Source: a virus
Virus record (IMG/VR): IMGVR_UViG_3300033552_000003
Span: 1-64,000 of that record
DNA length: 64,000 nucleotides
Strand: one strand, 5' to 3'
Shown: positions 18,267 through 28,754 of the stretch, piece by piece
How positions within the stretch are numbered: the first letter of the stretch is position 1
Layout: each line of letters begins with the position of its first letter
Translations under genes and position numbers: made by a program
The notes under the pieces: model-generated
Told to the model about the DNA's origin: nothing
The model's database searches: none
Seen by the model: only the letters and a program-made list of their open reading frames with translations

Positions 18267-18944
18267 ATGTTACAGTCAGAGATAATATACAACATTAAAA
18301 ACCTTAGAGCTGGTGGATTACAATCTACAGGAGAAGATTTGTCTGATGCTCAATTAGCTTTTATAATAGATTACTATAGAGCTAAACTCATTAAACAAGA
18401 TGTAGATCGTGGTCGTACAAGTAGAAGTCAGGACATACAAAACTTAGGTAAAGTTACTTTACAAAAATCAGACGATGATTGTTGTGATATATCAGAATGT
18501 ACTTTACGTACAGTACTCCCAATTCCTTCTTTTTTTGAATTTAATTCTACAGCTTTAATATCTTTTGTAGGTACAATAGATGGACAAGCTTTTCAATTAT
18601 CAAAAGCTAATAGAATTAATTGGGATAAGTTTGCTAAGTTTACAGGTAATTTACCTAAGTGGTTTACAAACAACAATTATATTTATATAGTGAACCCACC
18701 ATCAAGTTTATTAAAGTATATTAATATAAGAGGAATATTTGAAAGTCCTAAAAAAGCAAATGAGTTTACGACGTGTGATTGTGATAATAGTGCAGTTTGC
18801 AATAGAGATTTTGATTTTCAATATCCTCTATCGCTTGATCGTGTAGATTTAATAGTAAAATTAATTGCTGAAACAGAATTTAGAATTTTACAAACAATTG
18901 TACAAGACGATCTAAACGATGGCCAAAGTAAAAATATTAGGTAA
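18267..18944 (+). CDS. virion-module hypothetical protein, 225 aa
   Basis: ORF in the track. Confidence 0.75.
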   Translation: MLQSEIIYNIKNLRAGGLQSTGEDLSDAQLAFIIDYYRAKLIKQDVDRGRTSRSQDIQNLGKVTLQKSDDDCCDISECTLRTVLPIPSFFEFNSTALISFVGTIDGQAFQLSKANRINWDKFAKFTGNLPKWFTNNNYIYIVNPPSSLLKYINIRGIFESPKKANEFTTCDCDNSAVCNRDFDFQYPLSLDRVDLIVKLIAETEFRILQTIVQDDLNDGQSKNIR

Positions 18945-19395
18945 AGTACGATCTTTCAAAGGTTCATTAAAAGTATATAGAATATTAACCAAAAAAGATC
19001 CCCAAGTATATCAAATAGATAGATCTTTATACTGGAAAATAATAGCAGAATATCACAAATTAATAGCTGATAAAATGCTTGAATCAGGCCATGATTATAG
19101 ATTACCTAAATCAATGGGAGATATCTTTATAAGAAAATATAAATCTAGTAAACTTAGACCTAGAATAGATTGGGCAGAATATAATAAAAGTGGTAAAGTA
19201 GAGATGTTAGGCGCTGAATTTTATGAAGATTATCATGCTAAATTTGTATGGAAAAGAAATCCAAAAAGAGTTAAAAATGTAACTTTATATTCTTTTAGAC
19301 CAGTATCAAGTAATAAGTTTCGTTTAAGTAAAGAAGTACTTTATAATGGTAAAGATAAAGTATATAGTAAAAGTAAAAATTCATTAAAAATATGA
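18919..19395 (+). CDS. basic hypothetical protein, 158 aa
   Basis: ORF in the track, K/R-rich, 26-nt overlap with the upstream gene. Confidence 0.7.
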   Translation: MAKVKILGKVRSFKGSLKVYRILTKKDPQVYQIDRSLYWKIIAEYHKLIADKMLESGHDYRLPKSMGDIFIRKYKSSKLRPRIDWAEYNKSGKVEMLGAEFYEDYHAKFVWKRNPKRVKNVTLYSFRPVSSNKFRLSKEVLYNGKDKVYSKSKNSLKI

Positions 19396-20225
19396 TATAT
19401 AAACTTACTTCTATAAATACAGTAATATCTAAAATTGTAAGAGATTTAGGTTTAGGTACTGAAGAAATTCCTTGGCAGGATTTTATTGAATGGGCTGCTG
19501 AAGGACTTAATCATATAGGTAGTTTTGCTCAATATGAAACTAAACAGTTACCTATTGTTATAACTAATAACAAAGGAGCTTTACCTTGTGATTTTTATAA
19601 ATTAGTTTCTGTTAATAATCACAGGCCTATTTGTGAACCTCTTTCTATTAAAACTAAAGAAGAGATACAAAGCTTCTTAGATAATTTATTTGAAACAAGG
19701 CATAACATACCTCTTCATTATTGGCCTCAACTTACAATGGGTACACTTGAATTATCTAAAATAAACTATAACTCATATAATTATAACAATATAACAGAAC
19801 AACCTATAGTTACTAATTCAGATAGTTCTAATAGATTTAGTATAAATAATAATGGTATTACTGTAGGGTTTGATTGTGGGTATTTACAATTAACTTATCT
19901 TGCTTTTCCTACGGATTGTGATGGATATCCACTTGTTCCAGATGATGTAGTATTCTTTGATGCTCTTTTTTGGAAAATTGTTTATCAATTATCTATTAGA
20001 GGATACTTATTTACTAATCCTCAATTAAATGATATTGGATTTACAAGAAGTATGTGGACTAGATATTGTGGTCAAGCAAGAGCTGAGTCTAATATGCCTG
20101 ATTCTCTTCAAATGGAACAATGGAAAAATAACTTTTTAAAGTTAGTTCCAAATTACTATCCAGAAAGAAATAATTATAACGATATTTATAATAATCAAAC
20201 TTTAGGTTTAAATGGAAGAAATTAA
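19392..20225 (+). CDS. virion-module hypothetical protein, 277 aa
   Basis: ORF in the track, ATGA overlap. Confidence 0.75.
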   Translation: MIYKLTSINTVISKIVRDLGLGTEEIPWQDFIEWAAEGLNHIGSFAQYETKQLPIVITNNKGALPCDFYKLVSVNNHRPICEPLSIKTKEEIQSFLDNLFETRHNIPLHYWPQLTMGTLELSKINYNSYNYNNITEQPIVTNSDSSNRFSINNNGITVGFDCGYLQLTYLAFPTDCDGYPLVPDDVVFFDALFWKIVYQLSIRGYLFTNPQLNDIGFTRSMWTRYCGQARAESNMPDSLQMEQWKNNFLKLVPNYYPERNNYNDIYNNQTLGLNGRN

Positions 20226-23200
20226 TAGATTTTCTAAAGGTGTAAATTACGATATAAACCCATCTCAATTATCTCCAGATACAGCTACTCAGTTACAAAA
20301 CTGGGTACAAATATCTGATAGAGGATATATGTTTTCTCTTCAAAATGAAAAAGGACCATTAGAGATAATTACAACTTTACCTGCAGGATTTAAAATAATA
20401 GGTACATCTGTACTTGAAAATGATATTATTTTATGTTTAGCTCATCCAGCAGGTTATTCACAAATAGGTATTATTGATTATAGTAATACTTACACACGTA
20501 TTGTACCTAACGCTTTAGATCCACTTGGTGATATAAATATAGAATTAAATTTAAATGTAAATTATCCTGTAGATTGTGTTTCTCGTAAACTTATACGAGG
20601 AGATAGAGTATTGTATTATACAGATAACAATACTCCTTTTGCTGCTATTAATTTAAATCAAACATATGTTACAGGAGATATAAAAGATAATATTAAAATT
20701 ATACCTAATTTAAATACAGGTATAGTTAATTTTGTAGGAGTAAAAGAAAATCAAGCAAGTACTCTTACTGCAGGAGTATATCAATTTGTTATACAATATC
20801 AAACAGCTAGTAAAAACTGGACTACTCCAGGAATACCGTCTAATATTATACCTATGGTTCCTTCAAGTAGATCTGTAGGAAGAGATAAATATGAAGGAGG
20901 AGATTTTTTTACAAAAGTAAATAAAGGTATATTATTAAATATCACAAATATAGATCAAAGCTTTGTCTTTTTTAGGATTATTGCTATTAAGTACACAGGT
21001 AACACAGGTACTATTGAAGCTATGGCTACAGTACCAATTCCTATAACATCAACTTCTTATCCATATACTTTTACAGGATTTACTTCTTCTGATACTATAA
21101 TTACTAAAGAAGAAATATCAGAATTTAATATTAGTTATAACACAGCTAAAGCAATTGAACAAAAAGATCAAACACTTATTCTTTCTAATTTAAAAGAAGC
21201 AAGTACTAAACATGATCAAACTCTTCAAGATATTGCTAACAATATAATTGTAAAATATAAAATTACAGAACAAGAATATTTAGAAAATTCTAATGCTACA
21301 CCAACATTTGTACTAGAAGGATTTTCTATTACAAACGAAGGAGATACTACTATTTATGGTCTTTTTAATAAACCTCTTTCAACAACAGTTAGTCCATCAA
21401 ATATAAATATTATAATACCACCTATAAACGCAAAAGTAGATGTAACAATAACAAGTTTTGCTAACTTAGCAGGAGATACTTTAAATATAAACGGTACAAT
21501 ATTTACTGCTATTGCAGGAACTCCTACACCAGGTGTCGCAGAGTTTAAATATTCTGTAGATAATATTACTACAGCAAGATCTTTATCTGATCAAATTAAT
21601 AATTTTGTATTTACACCTAGAGGTATATCAGCAGTATACAATGGAGCAGTTGTTACTTTATTAGATAATCTTGGAAGTACTGCAGGTAATAGTAACACTT
21701 TAGTATATAACAATGTAGCTACAGTAGGATTGACTATTTCATCTGGAACATTTTCAGGAGGAGTTAACTCTGTAACAGTTGTACCTACAAATATAATTGT
21801 AGATCCATCTAATAATTATAGATATATAATTACTTCTCCTGTTATTATATATAGTTTTTATGGTATTTATGTTAATACTGCAACTTCTGTAAGTGGAAAT
21901 ACATATACAACTCCTGTATCTACTACAGAATCTATTACTCAAGGAGATATAATTATATTTACAGATAATCTTAGTTTAGGTATTGCTAACTATAAAGATG
22001 AATTTAATACTTTTGATAAAAAAGGATATAGAAGATCTGAAAGATATTCATTAGGATTAGTAGGAGAATTAAAAGAATCTTCTTACACACTTAATTATCA
22101 TATACCAGGAAATAATAAAACAACCTTAATTAATACAACAGCTATTCCAGATAGTCCTGGAGTTGTAGTAGGAAACACAGAAGGAGTTTGTGGTACATAT
22201 ATATCGTCACTAGAATATCCTTTTAATCAATTTTATCCTGGAAATTTATTAGGTGATGATATTTCTAGTTTACGTACAATTAGAAAAATTACTCATCATG
22301 TAATGCCAAGTTTACAACAAGAACCTTCTTTTAGAAGAGATTTTGTTACAACTAAATTATTTATTAGAATATTAAGTTTAAAACTTGTATTTACTAAAGG
22401 GTTTCCTACAAATTTAAAAGATGATTTACAAGCATATTATATAACAAGACAAAGTAGAGATGGAGATCAAAACACATCTTTATTTGCTCAAGGTATTGTA
22501 GATAGATTGGTAGATTCATATTTAGATTATGATAAAAAAACTGCAGATCCAACAGGTGATAAAGTAAAAAGAAAAATGCCTGGATTTAATAATACCACTG
22601 TTACAGTAAGTAACTTTATTCCACCAGGAGTATTTGATACAGGAGGTAAAAAATCTGCAGGTTTTGTATTTGAAAATCCTACAAGCAAAGAATTTATGTT
22701 TTTATCTCCAGATACTTTATTTGAAAGATTAAATCCTATAAATTTACAAGGTTTAAGAATTAGAGCTGAACAAAAATTAAAAGCTTTTGCTCCTAAAATA
22801 GTAGAATTTAAACCTTCTATTTATCATCTTGATAATAAAGGTGTTCAAACAGATACAATACTTAAAACTTATCCTAAATTATGGTTATACGCAGAATATA
22901 ATGATTATGAAACGATTACTTCTGAAGGAGGTAAAGTATTTGATACTGTAATAACAGAATCCAAAAAAATAGATGAAGGGGCTACTGCTACAGTTGCTGC
23001 ATTTTCAGAAAGTATATATAATACTTACGGAGAACAAGATACATTTATTGCTACAGCAGATCAGTTAAATTTAGGGGTATCTACAGTATTAAGTTTAAAT
23101 ATTAAAGCTGTAGTGCCATCTGGTTCATATTCTTCTGTAGGAGCACTTAGTCAAGATATTACTAGTGATGATACTTATACTTTAAATTCTAATGTAACTA

Positions 23201-24915
23201 ATAACTTGTATAATATATATTCTGATAATACTTCACAGTATGGTTCAGTTTCTTCAGCTATGTATATACCTGTTAAAAGAATATCTATATTTCCTAATAA
23301 TAATGATACAACTCAAGTTTATGGTGGAGATACATTTGTAAGTAGATTTGCATATAGTTTAAAAGATAATTTACAATTTAAACCATATAGACATACTATT
23401 GTAAACGCTGCTGCAATAACTAAATTTACTTATGTGTATAATGGATCTGGAGCAATTGATACTATGGTTGATGCTACAGGATATGATATTAGAAGTCTAC
23501 AATACTTTTTTGTAGAATCTGTTATTAACGCTGAATATAGACATCAATTTATAGATCCTGTTACTACTAATGTAGGACCTACGTTTTATCCTAAAGGAGG
23601 AGATTATGGTACTCTTAAAACAGATCCTAGAGTAGGTGAACCTAATTCTTACAACACACAATACAGTTTTGAAAATAAAATTAAATTCTTTATAAACAAG
23701 TCTTTTGATTTTAAAGTACAAGGTAGATTTGCAACAAGATCAATATATTCAGAAAGAGCTAATTTAGATGATTCTGTAGATTACTATAAAGAGTTTCCTA
23801 TCAATAACTTTCATGATATTCCTTCTAATACAGGTGAAATATGGGATAGTTTTGTATTTGATAACGTTCTTTATTTACATACACCTAAAGCTCTTTGGAG
23901 AACATACTTTAATAATAATACGTTTATTGCTGCAACAGATGTATCTGAAGTTGTTCTTGGTACAGGTAAAGAATTCTCTAGATCTTCTGAAACAATAGTT
24001 ACTTCTAAAGGAGGTTATGCTGGATCCATATCTCAGTATGGTGGAACAATAACGTCTTTTGGATACGTGTTTGTAGATGCACTTCAAGGTAAAGTATTCT
24101 TATTAGCTGGAGGACTTTCAGAATTATCTGATGCTGGAGTTATCTCTTTCTTTAAAAATATAGGAGATTCACTTAAATTAGGAGATAGTTATAAAGATAA
24201 TCCTTTTTATGGATATGGTATAACTTCTGCTTATGATGCAGATCTTAGAAGATTGCTTATAACAAAATCTAACTTTGGAGGAGAAGTAAATACTGATAAT
24301 AGTTTTACTATTTCATATTCTCTTCTTTCACAGTCTTGGATGGGTATACATACTTATCTTCCAAGTGTTTATATACCAAGAGATAAAAATACATTTTGTT
24401 TTTATAACTATGGAGCAAATTCTAAATATTATCAATTAAACAAAGGTGTACCTGGAGTATATTTTACTAGTACTATATATCCATCTATTTTACAATACAG
24501 TTTAAGTACACCTTTTGATACAACAAAAGTACTTACTAACCTTAGTATTGATAATCAAGTATTAGATTTAGATAGTAATACAATAGATACGTTTTCAGCA
24601 GTACAAGTTTATAATGATTTTCAGAATACAAGTTTAATACCTATAGAAATAAACAATACAATAATACCAAACTACGATGTTACTAAAACACAAGCTAAAT
24701 ATTTAAACAAAGAATACAGAATAAGATTACCTAGAGATATAGTTGTAAATCCTAATATTGATATATTTGAACCTACTAATTTAAATTTACTTACAAATCT
24801 TAAAAAGAAATTAAAAGGTAAGTGGTTTGAAGTCAGATTAGAATACAATAACGTAGGAGGTAAAGATTTTATTCTTAACTTTGTTAAATCTTTATTTGAA
24901 CAGAATTATAGATAA
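20212..24915 (+). CDS. large tail/hub structural protein, 1,567 aa (function from position and size only)
   Basis: Uninterrupted 4.7-kb ORF between the head-completion genes and the internal-protein genes. The four antisense or alternative-frame ORFs inside it are judged spurious. Confidence 0.7.
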   Translation: MEEINRFSKGVNYDINPSQLSPDTATQLQNWVQISDRGYMFSLQNEKGPLEIITTLPAGFKIIGTSVLENDIILCLAHPAGYSQIGIIDYSNTYTRIVPNALDPLGDINIELNLNVNYPVDCVSRKLIRGDRVLYYTDNNTPFAAINLNQTYVTGDIKDNIKIIPNLNTGIVNFVGVKENQASTLTAGVYQFVIQYQTASKNWTTPGIPSNIIPMVPSSRSVGRDKYEGGDFFTKVNKGILLNITNIDQSFVFFRIIAIKYTGNTGTIEAMATVPIPITSTSYPYTFTGFTSSDTIITKEEISEFNISYNTAKAIEQKDQTLILSNLKEASTKHDQTLQDIANNIIVKYKITEQEYLENSNATPTFVLEGFSITNEGDTTIYGLFNKPLSTTVSPSNINIIIPPINAKVDVTITSFANLAGDTLNINGTIFTAIAGTPTPGVAEFKYSVDNITTARSLSDQINNFVFTPRGISAVYNGAVVTLLDNLGSTAGNSNTLVYNNVATVGLTISSGTFSGGVNSVTVVPTNIIVDPSNNYRYIITSPVIIYSFYGIYVNTATSVSGNTYTTPVSTTESITQGDIIIFTDNLSLGIANYKDEFNTFDKKGYRRSERYSLGLVGELKESSYTLNYHIPGNNKTTLINTTAIPDSPGVVVGNTEGVCGTYISSLEYPFNQFYPGNLLGDDISSLRTIRKITHHVMPSLQQEPSFRRDFVTTKLFIRILSLKLVFTKGFPTNLKDDLQAYYITRQSRDGDQNTSLFAQGIVDRLVDSYLDYDKKTADPTGDKVKRKMPGFNNTTVTVSNFIPPGVFDTGGKKSAGFVFENPTSKEFMFLSPDTLFERLNPINLQGLRIRAEQKLKAFAPKIVEFKPSIYHLDNKGVQTDTILKTYPKLWLYAEYNDYETITSEGGKVFDTVITESKKIDEGATATVAAFSESIYNTYGEQDTFIATADQLNLGVSTVLSLNIKAVVPSGSYSSVGALSQDITSDDTYTLNSNVTNNLYNIYSDNTSQYGSVSSAMYIPVKRISIFPNNNDTTQVYGGDTFVSRFAYSLKDNLQFKPYRHTIVNAAAITKFTYVYNGSGAIDTMVDATGYDIRSLQYFFVESVINAEYRHQFIDPVTTNVGPTFYPKGGDYGTLKTDPRVGEPNSYNTQYSFENKIKFFINKSFDFKVQGRFATRSIYSERANLDDSVDYYKEFPINNFHDIPSNTGEIWDSFVFDNVLYLHTPKALWRTYFNNNTFIAATDVSEVVLGTGKEFSRSSETIVTSKGGYAGSISQYGGTITSFGYVFVDALQGKVFLLAGGLSELSDAGVISFFKNIGDSLKLGDSYKDNPFYGYGITSAYDADLRRLLITKSNFGGEVNTDNSFTISYSLLSQSWMGIHTYLPSVYIPRDKNTFCFYNYGANSKYYQLNKGVPGVYFTSTIYPSILQYSLSTPFDTTKVLTNLSIDNQVLDLDSNTIDTFSAVQVYNDFQNTSLIPIEINNTIIPNYDVTKTQAKYLNKEYRIRLPRDIVVNPNIDIFEPTNLNLLTNLKKKLKGKWFEVRLEYNNVGGKDFILNFVKSLFEQNYR

Positions 24916-24916
24916 T

Positions 24917-26509
24917 ATGAAAAAATATAAGAAAAAATATAATAAAGGTACACAGAAAGTAGATGTTCCACCAACTATGACAGGAGCAGATGTAGGAGCA
25001 CAAGCTTTAAGTGGTGCTGCTGCAGGTGCTGCTATGGGATCTGTAGCTGGTCCATGGGGAACAGCAATTGGTGGAGTAGTAGGTGGAGCTGCAGGAGCAC
25101 TTAAAGGATTTTCAGATAAAGATAAAGCTCAATTAGCTAATACTAAAGCACTTGCTATTAATAGTCAAGCAGATAGAAATATGAATACTGGGATAGATCC
25201 TAGATTACAAAACTATCAATTTAAAAAAGGATCATCTTATACTAAGTCAAAACAAATAGAAATTGAAGGAAAGAAATATCCTGAAATACATACAGATAAA
25301 AACTATAATATTAAAACATTAGGTACTACTCCACATTCAGAAGGAGGTACTAAAACTGTAGCTACTGAAGGAGATGTTGTATTTGATACACAAAATAGTG
25401 AAAAAGACTATAAACAAGTTACAAGAGATATTTCTCTTTATAAAATGAAGGGTGATAAAAATGCGTATAAACGACTTGAACAAAGACGTAATGAAATGCC
25501 ATCTGATTCAAATACTAAAAAATATGATGGGGATAGTTTTGTAAAACCATTTAATGTATATGACTATACTGGAACTAATCCTGGAACTCAATATGATTTT
25601 CAAGCTAACCCTTTAATTGGTACAGGCTCATTAAACATACCTGATTATGGCGGCCAAAGAAGTTTAGCTTCTGATAATCTTGGTACAGATATGTTTGGAG
25701 ATCCTATTATAGATAAAGGAAATAATTATGATCAATTAGGTTATTCAACAGATAAAATTAATTCTTTAAATGGTACAGGAACTTTAGGTATTCCTGAAGG
25801 AAGTGGTAGAAGCTTACCTTCAGATAAATCTGCAGTTACAAGTAGATTTAATGCGAATAGTCTTAATAACGTAGGTAGATATGCTAACATAGGTTACAAC
25901 GCTATTCAAGCACTTAATAAACCACAACAAACTTTAGATAGACAATTAGAACTTAACAGATATAAGTATTCTGACATGTCCGATCCTCTTAGACAAGCTG
26001 CTAGACAAAATAGAACTACTCAATTGTATAATGCAGGTAGAGCAGGTTCATCTATCGGTCAACAACAAGCTTATGGTCAACAAGCTCAAAACAATTATTC
26101 TGATCAATTAGGTCAAATAAATGCTGGAGAAAACGAACGTAAACAAGGTATTCAAAATGCTAATGTAGATTTATCTAATACAGAGAATCAAATTAATTAT
26201 GAAAGAGCTTATTATAATAATGACGTAGCTGCAAAACGTAGAGCTGCTCAACAATCATTTGGAGCTGCTGCTGCTTCAGAAGCAGCTTCTTTATCTGAAA
26301 TACAACAACAAGAAAAATTACAAAGATTAGCTCAAGACAATTTAAAAGAAAGAGATAATCAATATCTTGATACGTTTAGAGATAGAAACTTCTATTTTGG
26401 TAATCCAGATGAAGTAGGATTTCAACCACAGTTTGAAAAAACTGGAAGTAATACAAGTGCAAAATCAAAGTATGTATATAAATCAGGTACTAAAACCAAA
26501 AGAAAATAA
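24917..26509 (+). CDS. internal/ejected protein candidate with an N-terminal glycine-zipper segment and a Q/N-rich C-terminus
   Basis: The track ORF starts at TTG 24881; the ATG at 24917 follows the upstream stop by 1 nt. GADVGAQALSGAAAGAAMGSVAGPWGTAIGGVVGGAAGALKG lies at nt 24983-25108. Confidence 0.7.
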   Translation: MKKYKKKYNKGTQKVDVPPTMTGADVGAQALSGAAAGAAMGSVAGPWGTAIGGVVGGAAGALKGFSDKDKAQLANTKALAINSQADRNMNTGIDPRLQNYQFKKGSSYTKSKQIEIEGKKYPEIHTDKNYNIKTLGTTPHSEGGTKTVATEGDVVFDTQNSEKDYKQVTRDISLYKMKGDKNAYKRLEQRRNEMPSDSNTKKYDGDSFVKPFNVYDYTGTNPGTQYDFQANPLIGTGSLNIPDYGGQRSLASDNLGTDMFGDPIIDKGNNYDQLGYSTDKINSLNGTGTLGIPEGSGRSLPSDKSAVTSRFNANSLNNVGRYANIGYNAIQALNKPQQTLDRQLELNRYKYSDMSDPLRQAARQNRTTQLYNAGRAGSSIGQQQAYGQQAQNNYSDQLGQINAGENERKQGIQNANVDLSNTENQINYERAYYNNDVAAKRRAAQQSFGAAAASEAASLSEIQQQEKLQRLAQDNLKERDNQYLDTFRDRNFYFGNPDEVGFQPQFEKTGSNTSAKSKYVYKSGTKTKRK

Positions 26510-26511
26510 TT

Positions 26512-28746
26512 ATGCCGATTAATGAGTACATGTCTCCTATTATAAATCAACATCAAAATACTCATGTTGATACATATGAACCTATTAACTTTCAATTTTT
26601 AGGTAATCAATTAGCTAAAAAACAAGCTGAGTATGATGCCGGTGAAGCATTAAGTCATACTATTACAGATAATATAAAAATTAATCCTTTATTTAATACT
26701 CATAAAATTGAAGCTCAACAAATAAAAGATCAATACAGATCTGAAATAGATAGAACTTTAGAAGAAGCTGGAGGTAATTATGCACTTGCTGTTCCTAAAT
26801 TACAAGCAATAGGTAGAAGATTACAAGATGATTTACAATATGGTAGTATTGCTAAAATAAATAATTCTACTCAAGTTACATTAGACCAGTTTAAAAACAT
26901 AAAAGATATTTCAGAAAAAAGTGGTATTAATGGGTTAGATCAGGAAAATGATCTTAAAAGAAGAATGCAAGAATATGATGTTCCTGAAATAGCAGGTAAA
27001 CAATCTTTTACTCCTTTTAATCACGGGCAAAGAATTAAGTTTCCAGAACTGTTAGATAAAGCAGTAGGTAATATCAAAGTGGATGGATATCAAAAGTATG
27101 ATATGAGTGATCCTAATTATTTAACAAAATTTGGAGCAGAATATTTAACAGATAAAAAAGTAAGAGCTTCTTTACAATCAACTCTTAAAAGTCAATCAAG
27201 TATTAAATATGAAGCAATGTTAGCTTTAGGAGTAAATTCACCTGAAGATGTTACAGATGAACAATTGACTAAATTCATAGATGATAAAGTAGATGGTACT
27301 GTTAAAGGAGCAGTATTTACAAATTCAAAAGTAGATAAAAACGAAAGTGAAACAGGTAAATTAGGTGCTCAAAGAAAAGATAAAGAATTAGATAATAATA
27401 TGGCTGGTTCTACTCAAGATATTATTGGTCATAATGAAACAGGTGACACGTCAACTGATGTACGAAAAAATTACGATGATATTAATGCTACACATAGAGA
27501 ATCTATAGAAAGAGCACTTGATGTTAACAAAATTAATAGAAATAATGTTATTGTTTATAATGGTAAAAAATTAAAATTATTAGACGCACTTAGACCTGAA
27601 AACGCAAAAGAACTTAAAGAAGCACTTCAATCAGGAGATTTTAATTTTGAAACAGTAGATGGTAAAACTTACGATAAAGCAGTTTTAGATAATTTTAAAA
27701 ATGGTATTTTACCAACGCTTAATAAAAATGAAGCAGTTAATCAAAGAGTAGATCAAGCAATAAATACAACAGTAGATCAACTGTATAAACCTGGTATGAT
27801 GTTAGTTAAAAGGTCTGTAGATATAGGTAGATATATGAATGATAAATATATTGATTCAGATCTTACATTGATTAATAAAAACGATTATGCAAAATTAGCT
27901 AGAAGTCACGCAACAGGTAAAAAAGAAGGAAATACTTATATGAATGACAAAGGAAATCCTGTTGTAAATGGTGTTGAATATTTTGGTACTCAATTTGTAA
28001 ATAGTAGTGATAGATCTAAGAAAGGGGATATATTTAATTTTAGTAATGTGTTTGAAGATATGCAACCTGATAATTCTTTTGATAAAACAAATAATAGAAA
28101 CATAGAAGCTACTAATAACAAAGTAACACATACATTTTCACAAGATCCTCTAAACGGTATCAAAACTGATAATTTTAGTTCAACAGATGCTTTTGATAAA
28201 GTAAGTAATCTTGTAATTAATCATTCTAATGATATTACTTATTTTGATGTTACTGATCCATACCAACAAAAAACAGTACAAGGTGGTACAAAGGCGGCAT
28301 TGTTAGCCGCTGAAAAATTAGGTATTGAAGGTGGTGTTTCTGCTGTACCAGTTGCAGATAAAAAATTAGGAGTAGAATACTCAGGAACACCTCATAATGG
28401 TGAGCAAATAGGTAAACAATATTTTGATATTAAAGATGCTTCAGGTACTGTAATAGATAGAGTTAGTGTTTTATTTAGTGTTGATAATATAGTGTCTCCT
28501 GTAAAACCAGCTACTCAAACTGCTCCTGAATATTTAATAAATAAAGGATTAATTAATTTGAGAGGTAAGGGAAATGACGTACCTTTATATTACAACAATG
28601 TTCTTGTAGATGCTACTCTTCATAATGATTCCAAACAAATAACATATAGAAATGAAAGTGGAACAAAAGTAACTACTACAATACAAGAAGCATTAAAAAT
28701 TCCAAAATTATTTGAAGTAATAAAAGAATACGGTAAAAAACAATAA
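26512..28746 (+). CDS. internal/structural protein, 744 aa
   Basis: ORF in the track; no motif recognised. Confidence 0.75.
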   Translation: MPINEYMSPIINQHQNTHVDTYEPINFQFLGNQLAKKQAEYDAGEALSHTITDNIKINPLFNTHKIEAQQIKDQYRSEIDRTLEEAGGNYALAVPKLQAIGRRLQDDLQYGSIAKINNSTQVTLDQFKNIKDISEKSGINGLDQENDLKRRMQEYDVPEIAGKQSFTPFNHGQRIKFPELLDKAVGNIKVDGYQKYDMSDPNYLTKFGAEYLTDKKVRASLQSTLKSQSSIKYEAMLALGVNSPEDVTDEQLTKFIDDKVDGTVKGAVFTNSKVDKNESETGKLGAQRKDKELDNNMAGSTQDIIGHNETGDTSTDVRKNYDDINATHRESIERALDVNKINRNNVIVYNGKKLKLLDALRPENAKELKEALQSGDFNFETVDGKTYDKAVLDNFKNGILPTLNKNEAVNQRVDQAINTTVDQLYKPGMMLVKRSVDIGRYMNDKYIDSDLTLINKNDYAKLARSHATGKKEGNTYMNDKGNPVVNGVEYFGTQFVNSSDRSKKGDIFNFSNVFEDMQPDNSFDKTNNRNIEATNNKVTHTFSQDPLNGIKTDNFSSTDAFDKVSNLVINHSNDITYFDVTDPYQQKTVQGGTKAALLAAEKLGIEGGVSAVPVADKKLGVEYSGTPHNGEQIGKQYFDIKDASGTVIDRVSVLFSVDNIVSPVKPATQTAPEYLINKGLINLRGKGNDVPLYYNNVLVDATLHNDSKQITYRNESGTKVTTTIQEALKIPKLFEVIKEYGKKQ

Positions 28747-28754
28747 ACAAACAT

